DNA of 63,777 bases, counting the filler, from Octopus bimaculoides (Eukaryota): NCBI RefSeq assembly GCF_001194135.2. It is 7 parts of 7 records of this genome, joined end to end, with 100 filler letters (N's around TTAATTAATTAA, not from the genome) between each part and the next. Parts side by side here need not be neighbours in the genome. Positions count along the whole stretch, not along the records: positions 26,239 to 35,843 come from NC_068996.1; positions 35,944 to 44,154 come from NC_068983.1; 5 more parts are not named here. One strand, written 5' to 3'. The translations under genes were made by a program, and so were the position numbers. Under the pieces are notes generated by a model, which made no database searches, was not told the origin of the DNA, and was given only the letters and a program-made list of their open reading frames with translations. Below, piece by piece: positions 26,390 through 38,629 of this stretch; position 1 is the stretch's first letter; every line of letters starts with the position of its first letter.

Positions 26390-26900
26390 GACAATGCTCT
26401 TCTCAATACGTGTGACCACTTACCAGTTAAATAATCTTGTGCATTTCTTGCATGGATGATAAGCCAGGGATCATTCTCAAATAATTTTCAGTTCCTTTTT
26501 TTGATAATTCCAACTGTTCCTACAATCACTGTTATTGTAACCATCTTGAGATGCCACATCTTTTTGATTTTAATCAGCAAATCTTTATATTTTCTGAGCT
26601 TATCAAATTCTTTTATCGGGATATTATGATTGCAAGGAATTCTCATGTCAATCAATAAACAGATTTGATTGTTTTGGTTTTTCACAACAATATCTGGTTT
26701 ATTAGCTTTGATGGTCTGGTCTGTATGTACTGCAAAATCCCAAAGAATGCACACATCATTCAGCCACTAAGGGACATGCTCAGCTGGTTACGGTCAAGCA
26801 ACTGAAAAGCAAATCTGTGGTATTGAGCAGAATATTTGCTGTAGCCCATCTTTTATACCAAGACAAAACAATGTACATGATAACACTTCCAATCAATTAA
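26390..26900 (-). mobile_element. R4/Dong-clade LINE 3' fragment A (restriction-like endonuclease)
   Basis: ILWDFAVHTDQTIKANKPDIVV...LLIDMRIP...KEFDKLRKYKDL, a PD-(D/E)xK-type motif. Confidence 0.88.
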
Positions 26901-26932
26901 GATCAAAAGCTATGAGTGCCACTGCCTGGTAC

Positions 26933-27300
26933 TATTATTATTTTTATTATTATTATCTCTTTATCACAGGTTCTGTTGGAGCTTCTGGAGTCTTGCATGT
27001 ATAGCAGGCTTACTACCAGCAGCCTATAGTACCAGCTAATACTTTCCTGATTATTCTGGCCATGCCAAGGAGGCAAACCTTTTGTAACAGTTCTACTGGG
27101 CACTCTATTCCAATTTCCTTTATATTCCCCTTGATGCCTTCTTGTACTATTCCCAAGGACTCAACAATAATTGGCACTATCTTTATTTTCTTCAGTTTCC
27201 ATTACTGGGCTATTTCGTACTTAAAAGGGTGGTATTTATCTATTTTTTCGTCTTCCTTCTTGACTATTCATGGGTCAGAGGGCATGCAACATCAACTATA
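26933..27300 (-). mobile_element. R4/Dong-clade LINE 3' fragment B with (TAA)n tail
   Basis: IVDVACP..KKEDEKIDKY..WKLKKIKIVPIIVESLG..LLQKVCLLGMARIIRKVL; tail at 26933-26956. Confidence 0.85.
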
Positions 27301-27312
27301 TAGCATATGTGG

Positions 27313-29630
27313 ATTATTAATATTATTATTATTATTCCTTCATTTTCCAGTGATGATCTTGTTGACACTGGATCATTTAATTGACTCCCTATCAAGTTGT
27401 GCAACCTCAGATAAACAGTACATTCCACAGGATATTTACTGTTCCAATAAATGTTATCTTTTGCAATGTAACAATCGTAGGACAGATTCCAATTGTGTCT
27501 AGGCTTTCCATCACTGACCCAAGTGCTCCTTCATTCATAATTGGAACCACCCTTACTTTCAGATTCCACCTTCTCTCAACATCTATTCTCAAGTCTGTAT
27601 ATTTTATGATTTTCTTGTTTTCTTTACCATTGATGTAATAATCTCCTGAGCAAACCTACATCAATCAACAAACACCTCCTTACATTAACCCTCTCCACGA
27701 AAGTTATGTCTGGCCTTTTATGTTCAAGAACTCTATTTGTTTGGATTATAAAGTTCCGCAAGAGCTTCACAGTCTGATTTGTTAGGTTTGTGCTGATACC
27801 ATTCCTCCAAGATTGGAAACCTATATTTCTAGTATGAAGACCACAGGTGGTGTAAGTACACTTTATTGAGATATCTTTTATATTCTCACTGTGCAAACAT
27901 GTCACAGGACTCATGATGTGTGTCACACTTTTCACCTTCCCATTTAATCTACACTTATTCTGTTTCATCTAGGTTATACATACTCTTTGTACTTAGTGCT
28001 TGATCCTGAGCAGCTATCAACAAACTTTCTATCTTTGTTGCTCGCTTAAGATCACCTTTTGTCAATCAATTCCATGAAGATTTTGCTTTTTCTTTCTTTG
28101 TTTGTCTTTCGAATTGACTATGTAATTCCATACCCTCAGTTTCTCAGCTAGCGGCTTCTGTTTATAATTTTTTTACTTTCACTAGTTTCACTTCATAAGC
28201 CTCTGCTTTCGGTAACACACCTTAAAAGTTCTTCTCTATCACTGGGTAAATAGAGATTTGAAGACCTGCATTCACTAACCACACAAACTTTCACACTTGT
28301 AAGTCCACGTCCTCCGATGTTTTATGATATACAAGGCTTTATAACATTTGCCTTTGGGTGCATCATTGTCAACCATTTTCTTTTCTGCTAACCTAATCAA
28401 CTGTTCTTTTCTCTTCTTTGGTCTAATTCAAAATAGCTGCACTATATCTAATAACTGTACAGCCCAGACTTTGATAGCAATAATCAAGTTCTTCCTATTC
28501 AATTCTACTTTCAGTAGCAGCTCTAACATATTTAGATTTACTTCCTTCACATTTCCTTTCACCTTCTTGTTTAGAACTTTGTCCAGCTTCAAAATGCCCT
28601 GATATTTGTACCCACTGTCCTCAGATATCACTCAATTTTGACTCTCCATTAGGTAATTCTCTTCCATTACTATATACATGTCAACAGCTCTCATAGTTGG
28701 GGTGGTACATGTTGCAATACCAAACTTCATCCCAATGTCTTTAGAGCACCATTGGACAGTTCTGACCAGTGAATCACCTTGTGGTTCATTCTTGCCAAAG
28801 AGTTTCAACTCATCCATAAAATGTAGATGGTTGATCTTAGGTCCTCTGTTTTCAATCTGTTACCAGTAAGGTCATCACTAATGGAACCATGGAGATCATA
28901 AAAAATGCAACAATGAGAATGAATCTCCTTGGGACATTCCTCTTTTTATCTCAACCACACCTAGCAGTTTATTTCCTACATACAGATTTGTTTTCTACAA
29001 AGGCATGCTAGATTCCATTACTTCAACAACACAACCTACTATTCCTAACATACTCAAACATTTCAGTACCCATTATTATGGGAGCATGTCAAAGGATTTC
29101 TGTGCAAGTCATACATAAATTTAGATGTCTTTGTCAGTAGCAAGATGTAGCCCTTATTTTTCTACATCTCTTCTGCTCAAGTGTTAGCATCTCATTCTGA
29201 GGCAAGTGAGCTTTTGCAGAAAAAGTACCCATCAACAGCCTACAAAGCAAATACAAGCACACGATCTGCCTGTAATTTTCAACTAATGGACCCTTCATTT
29301 TATTCTTCATTATCAAAGTTGTCTTCCCTTCACCCATCCAGCTTAGAACTTCTCCTTGTACTACACAATCGTTAAGGTGCTTCATTAGTCTTGAATGAAC
29401 ACTTTTAAATCTTTTCAGTTAGAATCCTTGGATCCCATCTGGTCCAGGAAATTTCCAGTTTGGAATTTTCCTTACTCTTGAATGTTTCCTTACTCTCGAA
29501 GGCCTTTCGTATCTCTGTTTTGGTACATTAGATAACTTATATTCAACTTCATCTTTCCATCTTGCACCATTGTTATGCTCTTTTATAACCCCTCCACCAT
29601 AAATTTGACTCAGTACCTTTTGTTTTCTCT
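27313..29630 (-). mobile_element. R4/Dong-clade LINE fragment C (decayed RT, Zn knuckle, endonuclease) with (TAA)n tail
   Basis: GKTTLIMK..NYRQIVCL, MDELKLFGKNE (YMDD-like), YKYQGILKLD, LIAAQDQAL, KRPDITF; many stops and frameshifts; tail at 27313-27336. Confidence 0.92.
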
Positions 29631-29819
29631 AAACACTAAAGAAGTTCACCTAGGACAAGTGAAACAGCTTGTGAGGGTGAATGGTTGGGAGAGCACAAGT
29701 TGCCATCCCAACTAAAGCTTTGACAGCAACTACTTGAAAGACAGTGATGTATCACTGTGTTATTTCTTTACTACCCACAAGGGGCTACACACAGAGGGGA
29801 CAAACAAGGACAGACAAAT

Positions 29820-29985
29820 GGATTAAGTCGATTATATCGACCCTAGTGCGTAACTGGTACTTATTCAATCGACCCTGAAAGAATGTAAAGCAAAGTTGAC
29901 CTTGGCGGAATTTGAACTTAGAACATAGCGGCAGACGAAATACCGCTAAGCATTTCGCCCAGCATGTTAACGTTTCTACCAACTG
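29820..29985 (-). mobile_element. SINE family 2
   Basis: gcaaagttgaccttggcggaatttgaacttagaac...aaataccgctaagcatttcgccc. Confidence 0.88.
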
Positions 29986-30261
29986 TGTGTTGGCTAAAAC
30001 CCAATGTCTAGAAGCATTGATACATATCCAGGTGGAACAAGACTTATGGGTAGATGTAGAAAATGTCCCATATGCAACAGAAAGTTCAACACCTACCCAA
30101 CTTATTCAGATAGAAGGACCTACTGCATCAAGATAGAGGGAGTTCCACTTGGGCTGGACATCTGGTGATTGTTAGCTTGTATCACTTTGGGAGGAAGATA
30201 TTCTTTGAAGAGAAATGAACAGAGAGGGAGTTTTGGTCTGAGTCCACTGAAGAGATCCTGT

Positions 30262-31075
30262 AGGAAGGTAGACAAATCATAAATCCCTTCAGGTAGAAGG
30301 CCCTACTTGATCTGTAGAAAAAGTGTCAGTAGAAACTCCATAAGATGTACTCGGTGTAAGCTATGGACACATAAGAGGTGCAGCAATATCAGAGGAAGGT
30401 AAACTGGGAAGATAGTTTTTGTGTGTGGAAGGTGCAGAGGTACAATAAACACTAAAAATGTACAGAAAATAGATTTCATCACCTGTCAGAGGGAAAAACT
30501 AGAAGTAGTCAACAGCTTCCATTACCTAGGTGACCAAGTCAGTAGCAGAGGTGTATGCTCTGAGAGTGTAGCTACTAGAATAAGAATAGCCTGGGCAAAG
30601 TTCAGAGAGCTCCTACCTCTGCTGACAACAAAGGGCCTCTCACACAGAGTAAAAAGCAGACTGTATGATGCATGTGTGCAAACAGCCATGCTACATGGCA
30701 GCGAAACATGGGCTGTGACTGCTGAGGACATGCGTAGGCTTGAAAGAAATGAAGCTAGTATGCTCTGCTGGATGTGAAATGTCAGTATGCATACATGACA
30801 GAGTGTAAGCGTCCTGAGAGAAAAGTTGGACATAAGACGCATCAGTTGTGGTATGCAAGAGAGATAACTGTGCTAGTATGGTCATGTGATACTTATGAAT
30901 GAGGACAGCTGTGTAAAGAAGTGTCACACTCTAGCAATGGAGGGAACTCGTGGTAGAGGTAGACCCAGGAAGACATGGGACGAGGTGGTGAAGCACAATC
31001 TTTGAATGTTGGGCCTCACAGAGGTAATGACAAGTGACAGAGACCTTTGGAGATATGCCGTGCTTGAGAAGATCT
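30262..31075 (+). mobile_element. RTE-clade LINE, 5'-truncated ORF remnant with a PHD-like Cys/His insert
   Basis: One frame: YLICRKSVSRNSIRCTRCKLWTHKRC...CGRC...LEVVNSFHYLGD...AMLHGSETW...YGHV...RGRGRPRKTW; several stops. Confidence 0.92.
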
Positions 31076-31786
31076 GTCAAACCAAGAGAGATCACAGTTG
31101 TGGCCAATGCCGGTGTCACATAACTGGCCCATTAAAAGCACCCTTTAATCATTAGGCAATATCCTGTGCTTGTGAAGACCTGTCGAACCGAATGAAATTG
31201 TAGTCATAGCCAATGCCAGTGTTATCTGACTGGCACCCATGCTGGTGACACATAAAAAGTACCATTCGAGCATTGAGCCTCATGGAAGCAGTGATGTCAA
31301 ACCAAGTGAGATCATAGTTGTGGTCGATGCCAATGTTGCGTAACTGTCCCATTGAAAGCACCCTTCAGCTGTTGGGCAATATGCTGTGCTTGTGAAGCCC
31401 TGTTGAACTGAGTGAAATTGCAGTCATGCCTGACGCCAGTGCTATCTAACTGGTGACACGTAAAAAGCACTGTTCGAGCAGTAGGCTTCATGGAAGCAGT
31501 GACAAGTAACTAAGACCGTTGGCAGTATACACCTGTATACATGCTTGTGTACACCTGTCAAGCCAAGTGAGACAATAGTCGTGACCAATGCCAGTGTTAG
31601 GTCATTGGCACCTGTGCCAGTAGCACATAAAACACACCCACTACACTCTCAGAGTGGTTGGCGTTAGGAAGAGAATCCAGCTGTAGAAACCTTGCAAAAT
31701 TCAGATTGGAACCTGGCACAGCCCTCTGGCTTACCAGTTTTCAGTCAAACTGTCCAACTCCTGCAAGCATGGAAAGCAGACATTAA

Positions 31787-31875
<89 letters not shown>

Positions 31876-31905
31876 GACGACAACGACAACGACGATGATG
31901 ATGAT
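31076..31905 (+). mobile_element. RTE 3' UTR with an internal ~215-bp duplication and (GAT)n tail
   Basis: 31075-31290 resembles 31290-31505; terminal ggttggcgttaggaag...gcatggaaagcagacattaaatgatgat. Confidence 0.88.
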
Positions 31906-32254
31906 GATATGTGGATAATTTGGCTGTTATTTCTAACATGTTGAATGACCATTTAGTAGCTGCTTCATCAGCTTCTCTGCTAATCATGTATTTATATTTA
32001 GTAACTTTCTTGTCCAACTCCTGCTGGCATGGAAAAAAATAGACATAAAAATTATGATGGCAGTGGTTGTATGGTGCTCATGGTGTTGGTGGTACTGGTG
32101 GCAGTATCATGGTGGTGATTATGGTGGTGGTGCTGTTGGTGTTTGTATTGGTGGTGGTGGCCATAATAATGGTTTATACAATTAAATCCATATCATGGTT
32201 TTACCTGTTAATCTGAATGGATCCTGTTGATTGCCAAATCCTCTTGGAATAATA

Positions 32255-32420
32255 TAGACCTGATTCCCAGCATGGAATGACATAACATTATGGATTTAAT
32301 GATGATGATGATGATGATGATCATCATCATCATCATCGTTTAATGTCCGCCTTCTATGCTAGCATGGGTTGGACGATTTGACTGAGGACTGGTGGACCAG
32401 AAGGCTGCACCAGGCCCATA
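32255..32420. mobile_element. Two RTE-type 3' ends tail-to-tail, (GAT)n(CAT)n
   Basis: + tail cccagcatggaa...gatgat joined to - tail catcatcgtttaatgtccgcc. Confidence 0.8.
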
Positions 32421-32579
32421 CACATACATAACCTTCTCTTTTTATTTTTGTTGTGTACACTTGCATGTATCTCTTTATTATACATGTGTTTGTATGAACA
32501 GAGAGAGAGAGAGAGATACGGAGAGAGAGATACAGAGAGAGAGATACACAGACAGAGATACAGAGAGAGAGAGAGAGAC

Positions 32580-32630
<51 letters not shown>

Positions 32631-33079
32631 GAGAGAAAAGCAGACANNNNNNNNNNTATAGACAAATGTTACCACTGACATGTCTCTGCATCCTTTTCTC
32701 TTCATGACTCTTTTACTGTGATGTGGTAGTCTTGGAGGTGGCAATGGCAGTTGTCTCCAGCTAGCAATGTATACAAGAATGCTTATATGCACCAAAAGCT
32801 GTATGAGATGTTCTTTCATGGTAACTATTGGAGTGTTCCATATTGTAACACAATATCCACTTTTAAGTGGTGATAAATATTATCTTTTGATATTAATACT
32901 GCTTCTGTTGCTAATAATAATTTTTTGATAAGCCTACTGGCTATTTTTGACACCAGTACCTGAGATTCTATATATAGATACTGAGATTCTATATATGTCA
33001 TTTGTGGAGATATCACTGTTATTTCCAGCGGTCAAGCATCTACCACTGACAAAGCCAAGGAAGGCCTAAATCACATGAT

Positions 33080-33721
33080 CTCTTTTACTCTTTTACTTGT
33101 TTCAGTCATTTGATTGTGGCCATGCTGGAGCACCGCCTTTAGTCGAGCAAATCGCCCCCAGGACTTATTCATTGTAAGCCTAGTACTCATTCTATCGGTC
33201 TCTTTNNNNNNNNNNNNNNNNNNNNNNNNNNNNNNNNNNNNNNNNNNNNNNNNNNNNNNNNNNNNNNNNNNNNNNNNNNNNNNNNNNNNNNNNNNNNNNN
33301 NNNNNNNNNNNNNNNNNNNNNNNNNNNNNNNNNNNNNNNNNNNNNNNNNNNNNNNNNNNNNNNNNNNNNNNNNNNNNNNNNNNNNNNNNNNNNNNNNNNN
33401 NNNNNNNNNNNNNNNNNNNNNNNNNNNNNNNNNNNNNNNNNNNNNNNNNNNNNNNNNNNNNNNNNNNNNNNNNNNNNNNNNNNNNNNNNNNNNNNNNNNN
33501 NNNNNNNNNNNNNNNNNNNNNNNNNNNNNNNNNNNNNNNNNNNNNATATATATATATATACATATATACGACGGGCTTCTTTCAGTTTCTGTCTACCAAG
33601 CCACTCACAAGGCTTTGGGCGACCCGAGGCTATAGAAGAAGACATTTGCCCAAGGTGCCAAGCAGTGGGATTGAACCCGGAACCATGTGGTTCGTAAGCA
33701 AGGTACTTACCACACAGCCAC
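33080..33721 (-). mobile_element. SINE family 1 spanning a gap
   Basis: Both halves match the other copies. Confidence 0.9.
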
Positions 33722-33971
33722 TGGTAGTCTTGGTGGTGGCAATGACAGTTGAGTCATCTCTCTGCTAGCGATGTAAATGAGAGTGCTTATATACACTGAA
33801 AGCCAACACAAGAGGTTCTCTCATGAATTCTATCACAGTATCCTCTGTTCTAACACAACATCCACTTTTAAGTGGGGATAGATATTACCTTTTGGTGGAA
33901 TTAATACTGATTCTGTCACTATGAATTAATTTTTACTATTCTGTCTTTTATCCTGTGTATTTTACATATGT

Positions 33972-34360
33972 AGTGGAGGCGCAATGACCCAGTGGTTAGG
34001 GCAGCAGACTCACAGTCATAGGACCGCGATTTCGATTCCCAGACCGGGCGTTGTGAGTGTTTATTGAGTGAAAACACCTAAAAGCTCCACGAGGCTCCGG
34101 CAGGGGATGGTGGCGAACCCTGCTGTACTCTTTCACCACAACTTTCTCTCACTCTTACTTCCTGTTTCTGTTGTGCCTGTAATTCAAAGGGTCAGCCTTG
34201 TCACACTGTGTCACGCTGAATCTCCCTCGAGAACTACGTTAAGGGTACACGTGTCTGTGGAGTGCTCAGCCACTTGCACGTTAATTTCACGAGCAGGCTG
34301 TTCCGTTGATCGGATCGACTGGAACCCTCAACGTCGTAAGCGACAGCGTGCCAACAACAA
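33972..34360 (+). mobile_element. SINE family 3, full length, young
   Basis: agtggaggcgcaatgacccagtggttagggcagc...ttcgattccc head and (CAA)n tail; very similar to 40338-40723. Confidence 0.95.
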
Positions 34361-34499
34361 CATATACACACGTACTATGCCTGTTGTCATTGTTGTCTTC
34401 TTTTATTTGACTTGTTGCTGCTTTCTTTCTTCCCTCTTTTACCATTTTCCAATGTGTTGTAGTGCACCTGAGCACTGTATATAAACAAAGCTTGTTATT

Positions 34500-34760
34500 A
34501 AGTGGCGAGCTGGCAGAACCATTAGCATATTGGGAGACATGCTTAGCAGCATTTCTTCTAGCTCGTTATGTTCTAAGTTCAAATGCTGCTGAGGTCAACT
34601 TTGTGTTTTATCCTTATGGGGTCGATAACATAAAATGCCAGTCAAGTATTGCGGAGGGAGGGGGGNNNNNNNNNNNNNNNNNNNNNNNNNNNNNNNNNNN
34701 NNCAATGTAATCGACTTCCCTTCACCCTCAAAATATTGCTGACCTTATGCCAAAATTAGA
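34500..34760 (+). mobile_element. SINE family 2
   Basis: ggcgagctggcagaaccattagc head. Confidence 0.85.
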
Positions 34761-35050
34761 AAAAAATATCATCATCATCATCATCATCTTGACTAGTTAG
34801 TTAGATAGATGTGCAGATATGCAATAATCTAATTTCAGTTTCTGTCCACCATATCCACTCACCAGGCTTTGGTTGTCTCTGGGCTATATATATACATATA
34901 TATATATATATAAGATTCGATTAGAGGTTATGTTAGCCTCATGAAGGGATGGTGTCATCCAAGGATATATTGGTTCAATTCCTAATATTTTTAGTGGAAT
35001 TGATTTCCTTAAAATAATAGTTGTGTATATAAAAACCTGTAGCTTACATT

Positions 35051-35580
35051 CATATAAAGGAAAAAGAAGAAAATGGAGGTGGTGAAGTTAATAAGAGTAT
35101 ATTATCAGTAACAAATTGATCATTATCCCTTACAACTGTTTCAATTAAACACAGTGAAATTAATTAAATATTAAATTCATATTTCTGAGCATAATCACTT
35201 TAGAGGGGAAAAATATATACCCTTAGAAGTTATGTATGCTTGTTCGTAGATTCATCGTAGCAGACTGAATGATACTGTTTATGGTTTGTATTTTTATGCG
35301 TTCAGAGAGGGCTTTACAGGTTGATTGAAGATAAGATGGAGTGGGTAAATAAAATTAGAGTAATAAATGAATGAATAAATAGAGATTATAGAGTAAATTA
35401 TAATATAAATAAAGTTCAATATAATCTCTGAAGAGATTATGCTCAGAAATATGAATTTAATATTTAATTAATTTCACTGTGTATAATTGAAACAGCTGTA
35501 AGGGATAATGATTGATTTGTTACTGATAATACACTCTTATTAACTTCAAAATCTCCATATTCTTCTTTTTCCTTTATATG
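35051..35580. mobile_element. Foldback/MITE-like element with ~155-bp inverted arms
   Basis: 35051-35205 is the near-perfect reverse complement of 35426-35580; 220-bp spacer; TA-rich ends. Confidence 0.85.
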
Positions 35581-35843
35581 TATGTATGTATGTATGTATG
35601 TATGGATGGATGGATGGATGGATACTGTTCCATGATGGTAAGATCAACAAATAAAGTACTCCATCTGGTGAGAGATAAATACAATGTTTTTATGGGCTAC
35701 TATTAGTTTCATGTGATGAGGGCATCACAGTGCCTGAAGATTGAACTGAGGCACCAGATGTATTAAAAAATACTGTCAGATATGCTCTCATTGAATGAAA
35801 CAAAAAGTAGCACATAAAAACATGTATTGAGTTTATTAAATTA

Positions 35844-35943
35844 NNNNNNNNNNNNNNNNNNNNNNNNNNNNNNNNNNNNNNNNNNNNTTAATTAATTAAN
35901 NNNNNNNNNNNNNNNNNNNNNNNNNNNNNNNNNNNNNNNNNNN
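35844..35943. other. Artificial scaffold join
   Basis: N44-TTAATTAATTAA-N44. Confidence 0.97.
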
Positions 35944-36137
35944 CAATAGTAGGTTCTGAGTGAGGTGAATAACAAATGAATAACAACAGATGGATAATGG
36001 TTCATTCACTATAGCTTTTTCCAACGAGATTTTTATTGATGAATAGAGATATTACATCATGCAGAAAAAAAAACGTCTTCATCAGGGGAAAATACATTAA
36101 TTTTACATTAAAAAAAAGAAAACATTCTAAACCTTAC

Positions 36138-36161
36138 CAAATTGTGCCACTTCATGATTGC
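36138..36161 (-). CDS. Candidate exon (AIMKWHNL; or 36138-36192, RIHSFDYYWSGNHEVAQF, with an upstream acceptor)
   Basis: TTG|GTAAGG donor; both acceptor choices start in phase 0, matching the end of the 37718 exon. Confidence 0.3.
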
Positions 36162-36399
36162 CTGACCAGTAATAGTCAAAAGAATGGATTCGCTTGCTCA
36201 AGTTAGTAGTTAATATAAGAAAAACATTACGGTGACAGGAAGGGACGAGAGCAAATTCATCTCTATTCATCCATAAAAAAAAAACTTGTTGGAAACAGCT
36301 GTAGTGAATGAACCGTTATCCATCTATTGTTTTATACACACACGCGCACGGCGCGCGCGCGTGTACTATTCAATTATTTACTTTTACTAGTTCAGGCCC

Positions 36400-37120
36400 G
36401 ATGATTGTAACCTTGCCGGACACCACCCTTGCAATTGTTACTGCTTTTACAGTCCTCTAACTATAACCATCTTTTAGCAAATGAGGGTGTTTCATGCTGC
36501 ATCCTCAATTGCGTTTCTTGCCGAGACAGTCGTTTGGTGAGATATCAGATAGTAAAGTATTCACACATTCCTGAAATGAATTTCTATCCACTCTTGTATA
36601 TATTTCTTAAGTCTTGTGAAAAAATATTGAAAAATCGTGAGCTGTTAAACCCTAAGATATCCGGACTTTTAATGGGGAAAGTGAAACCTTCAAGGTTTTC
36701 AAGGTGCGAGCTTTTTCTATGATCCTCCATTTATGTATCACAGCATACTTTACTATCCTTTCTGTTGTACTGAAGCTAATTTCTTTGTGTAGCATCATTG
36801 AATTGTATTTATTTTGCTGTTAGTTTTAAAACTGTTTAATACTGATTGGTGAACTTAATTGTGAGCAATAATCCAGATGGCTGAGGATAAATGTTTTCCA
36901 CAAATGTAGAGTGATTCCATATTTTTTCTCGTTCTGAATCATCCTAGAAATCCATTTCGCCCACCCTTTGCAATCGTTAACGTTTTAATAACGTCTACAT
37001 GAAAAGATGCTTCATTATCGCCTGTAGTATTATCAGGAAAGTGCAATGTTGTACGACTGCTGCCAGATCTATATCCGTAAGAACTTCCACCTCATGCGAT
37101 ATATTACAGAGTGTAGTTAA
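36400..37120 (-). mobile_element. Old CR1/L2-type LINE 3' fragment
   Basis: Frameshifted DNEASFHV..WAKWISR..FRTR..LWKTFILSHLDYCSQL..KYAVIHKWRIIE, similar to the post-RT LxYCxxxW region. Confidence 0.7.
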
Positions 37121-37169
37121 CAAGTTTGGTTTAGTAGGGGATGGGGTCTACCAAATTCAACTCACTTGA

Positions 37170-37410
37170 TAATTGTCAGAGGGAACTTGGCCTAGTTGTT
37201 GGAATGTTACACTTACGATCGTGAGATGGTGCTTTCAATTCTTGGCCCGGGTGGTATGTTGTGTTCTTGAGCAAAACACTTCATCCCATGTTACTCTGCG
37301 ATCATTTCGACACCTGATGCGTGGCACACCGTGCACCTGTTCAGGCAACGTCGATTTGATGCAGGAAAGTTCAGCACATACATTCGATCACTATCAACAA
37401 ATCATTCCTG
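37170..37410 (+). mobile_element. Degenerate tRNA-headed SINE
   Basis: ttggcctagttgtt A-box-like, ttcaattc B-box-like, gttcttgagcaaaacac core. Confidence 0.65.
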
Positions 37411-37717
37411 AAGGTTGTTCAGCAAAAAATTGCAGAACCGTCTTTCTAGGACTACGAGCGACAACCATCGTCAGATATTGGTTAAAGAGGGACTACGTTA
37501 GAAAACAGTTGCTCGTTGTGCTATGTAATAGGATCGAACGATAAAAACAAAAGAACTCAGGGCTGCAATGCGCATAGTAATGCTTGCAATTATAACCCTT
37601 GTGGAAAGGACTCATCACTATCACCTCATCACATTCTGCTTCAATAATAATCTAGAAGTTTTGTGAAGAGAAATCAATCATAAATATTTTTTTGTCGAAT
37701 AAGTCAAGTACGCTCAC

Positions 37718-37802
37718 CCACTCCAGCTGAGAAGGTATGTCATGCTCGTCATTCTCTCGGGAACTGTGTATCAAACGTGTTCCGTCACTTTCAGATGGTA
37801 GG
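37718..37802 (-). CDS. Candidate coding exon LPSESDGTRLIHSSRENDEHDIPSQLEW (alternative acceptor at 37763 in the same phase)
   Basis: TGG|GTGAGC donor; only one frame is open and it matches the phase-2 end of exon 38587-38629. Confidence 0.5.
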
Positions 37803-38098
37803 CTGTCATTTGAGATAGGTCACACTGGTGTTTTAACTGGTCGAGTGACATAGAGGCTCCTTCGCTGACTCGATGAAGCCCAAGAATGATTTTATATTTA
37901 TTTTACTGGGCCTAGAAGTATAAAGCATGAAGTTTTAATGCTATTGTATTTGAACACAGGACCCCGTGAATGAAAGTAAGCACTTTTTGCTAATAAACAA
38001 TGTCTATGTAATGCATGAACAGCGTGATATCTTTAGACTCATGATATTATAGATTAATCAAAGCGTACTGTTAGTAATTGCATCGTGTGTGCGTGTGC

Positions 38099-38129
<31 letters not shown>

Positions 38130-38263
38130 TCAATGTTTGTGTGCGTGTGTGTTCGTACAACGAACAAAAACACAGAAATAGATATACGCAAATAAATATT
38201 TATGCATAAGCATATGTACAATACATAAACATAGGTCCAAGTTCGACTAAGTAAATGAATGTT

Positions 38264-38323
<60 letters not shown>

Positions 38324-38586
38324 TCGTGTGCGAGTGTGTGTGTGTGAGTGTATGTGTGCGTGCGTGTGGGTATGTGTGTTGGTATGTGCGTGCGTGCGCG
38401 CCTACAAGGTTTTCCTGTCTTACACAGTTTGAAAGAAGTTATTCTAAAGGAGTAGGCGGAGGAAGTTCCCATTGAAGAAATGAGAGACTAATCGAAGTAA
38501 TAATCCAGATGTTATCATTCTTTATGTTTATAGGAGTCAGTTAGTATAAAAATTACTCGACCCAACCATATATAAATGAAACTCAC

Positions 38587-38629
38587 AGCTGGAGTTCGCA
38601 CTCTTCTGGTTCATCTAAGCGTGCAGTAC
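38587..38629 (-). CDS. Candidate 43-nt coding exon (G)TARLDEPEECELQ(L)
   Basis: Strong acceptor tctccttttcgttttag, GCT|GTGAGT donor, single open frame. Confidence 0.6.

Noticed and set aside
33972-34050. tRNA genes at SINE heads
   Set aside because: A/B boxes run into shared SINE bodies; no complete cloverleaf is evident
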